Assembly: GCA_017503725.1 (NCBI GenBank)
Contig: JAFVSL010000006.1
Coordinates: 22,593 to 86,592, forward strand
Source of the DNA: Alphaproteobacteria bacterium
GTDB taxonomy: Bacteria; Pseudomonadota; Alphaproteobacteria; Rs-D84
Length of the DNA stretch: 64,000 bases
Reading direction: 5' to 3'
Made by a program: the position numbers and the translations under genes. The notes under the pieces were generated by a model, which was not told where the DNA came from, ran no database searches, and was given only the letters and a program-made list of their open reading frames with translations. Each line of letters begins with the position of its first letter. The first letter of the stretch is position 1. Shown one piece after another: positions 59,254 through 64,000 of the stretch.

Positions 59254-60981
59254 ATGGCACACACAGCAAAATCGGTTTTTTATTATTCACTGTTATCGGC
59301 ATTGATTATGATGCCGATGGATTCGTATTGCGCAATGAGAATAAGCAACAAATCGCGCAGTTATGCCGACGCCTATAACCAGGTTAATGAAATGCGTGCC
59401 CCAACGCCCGCACCAACCGTGTCCAGCGCGCACAGTGATGATTTAGGCGTTGCCGGACAAACTGAAAATTCTGATTCAACGGTTGAATTGCCCATTCGGG
59501 TTGCGAACCAGGCATTGGCATCGCAAATTGCCCGTGGCGAAAGTACATCTGTAACGGTTGGGCAATTGGAAAAATGTGGGTCTGTTTATCCAAATGGTGA
59601 ATTTGCGTGGGATACCCCAACGGCGGGTGCGCGCAGTGGTACGGGATCACAATGTGTGGCGGTTGTTGAAATGCGTGGATATCAAATGGGACCGGGCGGA
59701 ACGGATTTGTTGTTGGGGCGTGTAAATGTTGCGGCGGGTGATGCGATAAAATGTAATGCGTTTGCCTGGCCAAACAGTGCGCTGTTACCGGCGGCTGAAA
59801 CAATCACATTCCCAAATGATACCGAGCCCACCGTCGAAGATGTTATCGCCGTTATGGACCAGGAACAAAAGCAAAATGCCGGATTAAAAATTGCGGCGGG
59901 CACGTTAATTGCGGCTGTTGCGGGTAATGCCCTGGGTGCGAACGAGGTTGGATCTGATTCATTACTTGGCACGAACAAAGAAAAAATTCAAGGGACCGCG
60001 ATTGGTGGTCTGACCGGTGCGGCGATTATGGCGGGCAACGTCTATGCCGGCAAGGTTGCAGGCGATATGATTTTATCGGCCGGGATAAATGCGACGGCGG
60101 GTGGCTTGATTGGCAATATGGCGGCATCCGGTGATTCGGTGTTGAAAATTGAAAATTGCACGGTTGATTCAGTTGATAAAAAGTGCCTGTGGGGTGTATT
60201 GTTAAAATCTGGAACAAAAACGCCAGGCAGGGAACATTTCTATGACATTGCCGAAGAAGAGGTTTACGAATGTGATGTTACCGGCCCAGAATACACAAAC
60301 TGTGCTATTTTCGGCAAAGATACCGCAGATATTATCTTGGACGGGTACTTGAATCAAAAAACAGCCAATAACGAAGCGTACGATTTACAAAAAATGGCGT
60401 CCGAGGGCTATGTCAAAGTCACGGCCAGTTATAAACTGGATACAGTAACCAAGAAATTGGTCCCCAGTGGTACGAAACCAAATGCCACGGGTGATAATCG
60501 TTTTGTAAAGATTGCGGAATTTACCGTTGTTGATTCAACCGTACCGGCGGTACTTGTTGGTATCAAAGACAAGGCGTTTGGTTGGCACAAGAAAGACTGG
60601 ACCGAATTCACGGAAGAACACAAAAGTTCATCTATTATGCGACGTGGCACCGATGGGCAACCGGTTGCCCTGGCCGATGACGAAGAAAAAAGATTGGCCA
60701 CAATTGATACATTCCGTCCAATGTACCAGGACGCCGAAGATGGTGCGTTAATTGACCTTGGGAACAAGGCGCGGTTAAAGGGTACGTTAATCGGTGCCGG
60801 CGCCGGTGGTGCATTGGGGGCCTTTACCGCATACCAGGGTGCCCAGGATGAAATCCAACAACGCTGGGTATCGGCGGTACGCGAATACAAGGATTCCCTG
60901 CAAAAGATTTATTGTGCAACGGGAACGAGATTCCTGACGCACTATAACGATACGGTAATAATTCCAAATACATCCGAATAA
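59254..60981 (+). CDS. Secreted Cys-containing protein with glycine-zipper helices
   Basis: Signal peptide; GTAIGGLTGAAI, AGGLIGN, GTLIGAGAGGALG; several Cys. Confidence 0.75.
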   Translation: MAHTAKSVFYYSLLSALIMMPMDSYCAMRISNKSRSYADAYNQVNEMRAPTPAPTVSSAHSDDLGVAGQTENSDSTVELPIRVANQALASQIARGESTSVTVGQLEKCGSVYPNGEFAWDTPTAGARSGTGSQCVAVVEMRGYQMGPGGTDLLLGRVNVAAGDAIKCNAFAWPNSALLPAAETITFPNDTEPTVEDVIAVMDQEQKQNAGLKIAAGTLIAAVAGNALGANEVGSDSLLGTNKEKIQGTAIGGLTGAAIMAGNVYAGKVAGDMILSAGINATAGGLIGNMAASGDSVLKIENCTVDSVDKKCLWGVLLKSGTKTPGREHFYDIAEEEVYECDVTGPEYTNCAIFGKDTADIILDGYLNQKTANNEAYDLQKMASEGYVKVTASYKLDTVTKKLVPSGTKPNATGDNRFVKIAEFTVVDSTVPAVLVGIKDKAFGWHKKDWTEFTEEHKSSSIMRRGTDGQPVALADDEEKRLATIDTFRPMYQDAEDGALIDLGNKARLKGTLIGAGAGGALGAFTAYQGAQDEIQQRWVSAVREYKDSLQKIYCATGTRFLTHYNDTVIIPNTSE

Positions 60982-61005
60982 AAAAACGCCAATTTGGCGT
61001 TTTTT

Positions 61006-62283
61006 TTATTTCGTTGAATCTGGGGTTGTGTATTTTCCACCAAATGCGGCATCCATAGAAACACCATTGGTATCGGTATATGTCGCCGTGCCAACAAATT
61101 CAGATGGTTTCCCCTTGTCCCCATAATAGTTAACGTCCATTCCATCATAAGCAAGGCTTTTTGACGGCTCTGATACCAAGAAATTCATATCCATTACGTC
61201 GCCGGGGGTAAATGATATTGCCTGGGATGCGCCCGTGTCCACAATTTTTACGTCATACCATTTTGAATTTGAAAATTTCAAATCCACCGTTTCCGTGCCG
61301 TTCATAAAGTTTAAAGTTGCATCACCGTTAATTGGCAATGTTTTATTGTCTTTATTTTTCACCAGGCCCATTGCCGTTCCTTTGAAATTCAGACTGTCTT
61401 CGCCTGCAATCGTGGCAACATCGGAACGGTCAATATGTTTCAGGTCATATCCACCCGCAAAAAACTTAAATTCTGTGGTTGTTTCATCAGAATCGGCAGA
61501 TCTGACCGCTTTTGACAGTCGTCCATAGTCTGAATATTTTAGTTTGCCACTTGCCTTTACCGTGACGGTTGTCTCGGTCCCGGTTGTCGCATCTTTGCGC
61601 CAGAAGGTATTGCTTTTGTCACTGGTTCTTGTGTATCCTTCCTCTGCTAAATTTATACCCATAATTTGGTTGTTATCATTCAGCATAAATGTCAACACGT
61701 CGTCATCCGACAACAGTTTCATCTGAACGTCTTTTAATGATTCTGTCTTTGGTTCAAAAATCCACGTATCTGTTTCGCCGGGTGTGAAATATTTATTCAG
61801 GACGGCTGCATAATTAGCATTTATACGATCTTGAATTTCTGTGTCTGTTAAATCTTCGGACCATTCTTCCCCGCCCGCAATCAGGTACGCATTTTTGATT
61901 TCATCTTCAGAGAATCCATCCAGGCCATTTTTATAAATATTATACATATTTTTGAATGCGGTCAGTGCCTGCTCATACAGTGTGCCGATTTTTTCATCTG
62001 TTTGATCACGAACATTTGGATCGCGATTAAGTACCGGTCCCGCCACGCCAATTCTTGATGGGTTTTGCGATACCGTCGCGGTTGTTGATGGTGTGGCGAT
62101 AACCCCAACGGATTGGGCGTATGCAATAACTTCCAGTCTGTTGTCAACGCCGGTACGCATTCCCGTGATGCGCGCATTAGATTCACCAACCGTATCTATA
62201 TTTCGGCCAATGGTATATGCATCACCGGTGCTGGAACACGCGGCCAATAATAACAGACCAGGCAACACAAAAATATGCTTCAT
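61006..62283 (-). CDS. Surface lipoprotein with TbpB-like C-terminal beta-barrel
   Basis: Lipobox LAAC; LKYSDYG, FKGTAMG, GDATLNF, YYG...SEFVG..AAFGGK. Confidence 0.7.
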   Translation of the reverse strand: MKHIFVLPGLLLLAACSSTGDAYTIGRNIDTVGESNARITGMRTGVDNRLEVIAYAQSVGVIATPSTTATVSQNPSRIGVAGPVLNRDPNVRDQTDEKIGTLYEQALTAFKNMYNIYKNGLDGFSEDEIKNAYLIAGGEEWSEDLTDTEIQDRINANYAAVLNKYFTPGETDTWIFEPKTESLKDVQMKLLSDDDVLTFMLNDNNQIMGINLAEEGYTRTSDKSNTFWRKDATTGTETTVTVKASGKLKYSDYGRLSKAVRSADSDETTTEFKFFAGGYDLKHIDRSDVATIAGEDSLNFKGTAMGLVKNKDNKTLPINGDATLNFMNGTETVDLKFSNSKWYDVKIVDTGASQAISFTPGDVMDMNFLVSEPSKSLAYDGMDVNYYGDKGKPSEFVGTATYTDTNGVSMDAAFGGKYTTPDSTK

Positions 62284-62351
62284 AATAATCCCCTTTCCAT
62301 CTTGAATTGTATGGTATTAAATATTACACTCCCGCGCAAGGGGATATTTTT

Positions 62352-64000
62352 TTATATTGTCATACGGTCGGCAATCTGCTGCTGAACATATTCGTCTTCG
62401 CTGTTATAAAGGGGCCAATTCCCATTCGCCATTTCCTGTAACGATGTCAGCGGTTGATTCAATCGCGCACGATACAGCCACAGATTAGACATCACGCGCT
62501 TTATATAATTACGTGTTTCGTATGCCGGAAAACTTTCGATATAAAGTAATGGGTCGTACGTATAGAATGACTTTTCAAACTTGGTCATTGTTCCCATACC
62601 CGCATTATATGCAGCCAGCATCTTGATAATGTTGTTTTCAATATTCGGATGCGACAACAGGTCCACAATATATTGTTGCCCCAGGTACATATTATGTTCC
62701 GGATTTGACATATCCATTTCAGATATATCCAGGTTGTTCTGCTTTGCCACGCGTTTGGCGGTGCTGGGCATAATTTGCATAACGCCATTTGCACCCGCCC
62801 CAGATTTAGCCGTTGTGCGGAAACCACTTTCCTGTTTTGTAATGGCCAATAATAATGCGCGATCAATTGACCAACCCCCCATTGGTTCCCAGTCTGGTAA
62901 TGGATATTGTGCCGAATAAATAATGTCGTCATCGATTTCCAGAATCCCCCGGTCTTTGATAACACTGGATGCCTGGACCGAAACCCGCGGCAGGCCATAT
63001 GCCGTCGCCACCGAATTTACCGCGTGTAATTGGCGGTCGGTTGCACGTGATGTAATCATCAGTTTAAGGTATTCTTCGGCCCTGTCTTTGCGATTAACCT
63101 GTAACAATGCCAATGCGCGTTTACCGTATTTGGTCTTGCGTAATTCGTCTATGTCTTCGTCGGTACAGTCTTGTTCAAAAAATTCATATTGTGGCACACC
63201 GCCCAACATAGTCGCTGACAATGCGCCATAGAACGCCATCGGATACGCCGCCGCCACCGACCAATACTGACGCGCCATATCCGCCGCACCATTTAAATCC
63301 GCCGCACGTCCGGCCCAGAATGCGGCCTCTATCTTTCTGGCATTGTTAATATGTTTTAATGCCAATATCTTGGAAAAATATTTTTGTGATTCTTTGAAAT
63401 TTTCTTCTTTGAAATAAATCAGACCCATTGTCCACAAGCCATATTCAGAATCCGCATCAGATGATATAAATCCCCATTTTTTTGCCAATTCTATTTCGCC
63501 GTTTGTGTAATAGATGTATGCCAATCGCCCGGCCAGGCGCCCATAATCAGATTCCGTTAATTTGTTTTTGAATGATTTTGTTTCCAGAATTGTGCGTGCC
63601 GTCTTTGTCGAACCGCTGCGGATTGCGCGTTTAAATTTATCAATGTTTTTTGCCGTGTCTCCGGAATACTTTTTTGCCGTCCAGTTCTCAGACTGTGGCG
63701 TTTCGATTGATACACCCCCACTGATAGACGTTGGCAGATTTGGTTTTTTTACACTTGCCTTTTTAAGGTTCCCCAGTTTTTGCATACGCACCGCACCCGG
63801 CATATCATTGTATTTATTCATCCAGGCGGTAACTTCTTTGCCACGCGTTGTGTACGTGTCCGAGAAGTATCGTTGATATAAAACCTCGTTCATCAACAGG
63901 TCATCATCCAACTGTGATTGTAATTTTGTTGCGGCGTTTATTTTTTCTTTGTCTTGCAGGGTAAATATTTGTCTGTATAAACTGGCGTCGCCATCGGACA
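62352..64000 (-). CDS. Soluble lytic transglycosylase (Slt70-like, TPR plus SLT domain); 5' end beyond the window
   Basis: Frame open to the window edge; AFWAGRA, AITKQESGF, GANGVMQIMPSTA, AAYNAG, ETRNYIKRV. Confidence 0.92.
   Translation of the reverse strand, partial: SDGDASLYRQIFTLQDKEKINAATKLQSQLDDDLLMNEVLYQRYFSDTYTTRGKEVTAWMNKYNDMPGAVRMQKLGNLKKASVKKPNLPTSISGGVSIETPQSENWTAKKYSGDTAKNIDKFKRAIRSGSTKTARTILETKSFKNKLTESDYGRLAGRLAYIYYTNGEIELAKKWGFISSDADSEYGLWTMGLIYFKEENFKESQKYFSKILALKHINNARKIEAAFWAGRAADLNGAADMARQYWSVAAAYPMAFYGALSATMLGGVPQYEFFEQDCTDEDIDELRKTKYGKRALALLQVNRKDRAEEYLKLMITSRATDRQLHAVNSVATAYGLPRVSVQASSVIKDRGILEIDDDIIYSAQYPLPDWEPMGGWSIDRALLLAITKQESGFRTTAKSGAGANGVMQIMPSTAKRVAKQNNLDISEMDMSNPEHNMYLGQQYIVDLLSHPNIENNIIKMLAAYNAGMGTMTKFEKSFYTYDPLLYIESFPAYETRNYIKRVMSNLWLYRARLNQPLTSLQEMANGNWPLYNSEDEYVQQQIADRMTI

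Noticed and set aside
1-64000. Full UGA-to-Trp recoding (genetic code 4)
   Set aside because: All long conserved genes read intact under code 11, and recR ends at TGA at its expected C-terminus
1-64000. CRISPR array, rRNA, prophage or IS element
   Set aside because: No regularly spaced repeats and no rRNA, cas, phage structural or transposase sequences recognised

Overview
Chromosomal segment (about 44% GC by eye) of an alphaproteobacterium with compact genes. The gene set (GapR/DUF2312, olsAB, ihfA, alpha-type L10 leader, fermentative pyk/ldh, many Cys-rich or Ser/Thr-rich secreted orphans) suggests a host-associated, reduced-genome lineage such as Rs-D84/'Ca. Enterousia'; this is inferred, not verified. 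Housekeeping content: comEC (partial), pyrG, pyk, recR, rsmA, kef, lspA, yidC, tRNA-Trp-secE-nusG-rplKAJL-rpoBC, rpmF-plsX, fabH-ihfA, mraZ, proS, olsBA, mltB, hemW, pepO, ldh, sod, cvpA and slt (partial). Most notable: (i) a stand-alone virB8-virB9-virB10 operon with a SPOR domain fused to VirB9 and Ig-like plus Cys-rich extensions on VirB10; (ii) a structured 154-bp element bounded by a duplicated tRNA-Trp 3' end, next to a tRNA-Trp with a 4-bp anticodon stem; (iii) an 8.5-kb block splitting plsX from fabH, with tandem DUF3419-like SAM-fold genes and a 626-aa protein with a RelE-like internal domain; (iv) a small orphan gene wrapped in mutually complementary structured UTRs; (v) an A10 run just before the membrane anchor of a CPHC thioredoxin-fold protein, where +1 A gives an immediate stop. 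No CRISPR array, rRNA, transposase, integrase or prophage was seen.
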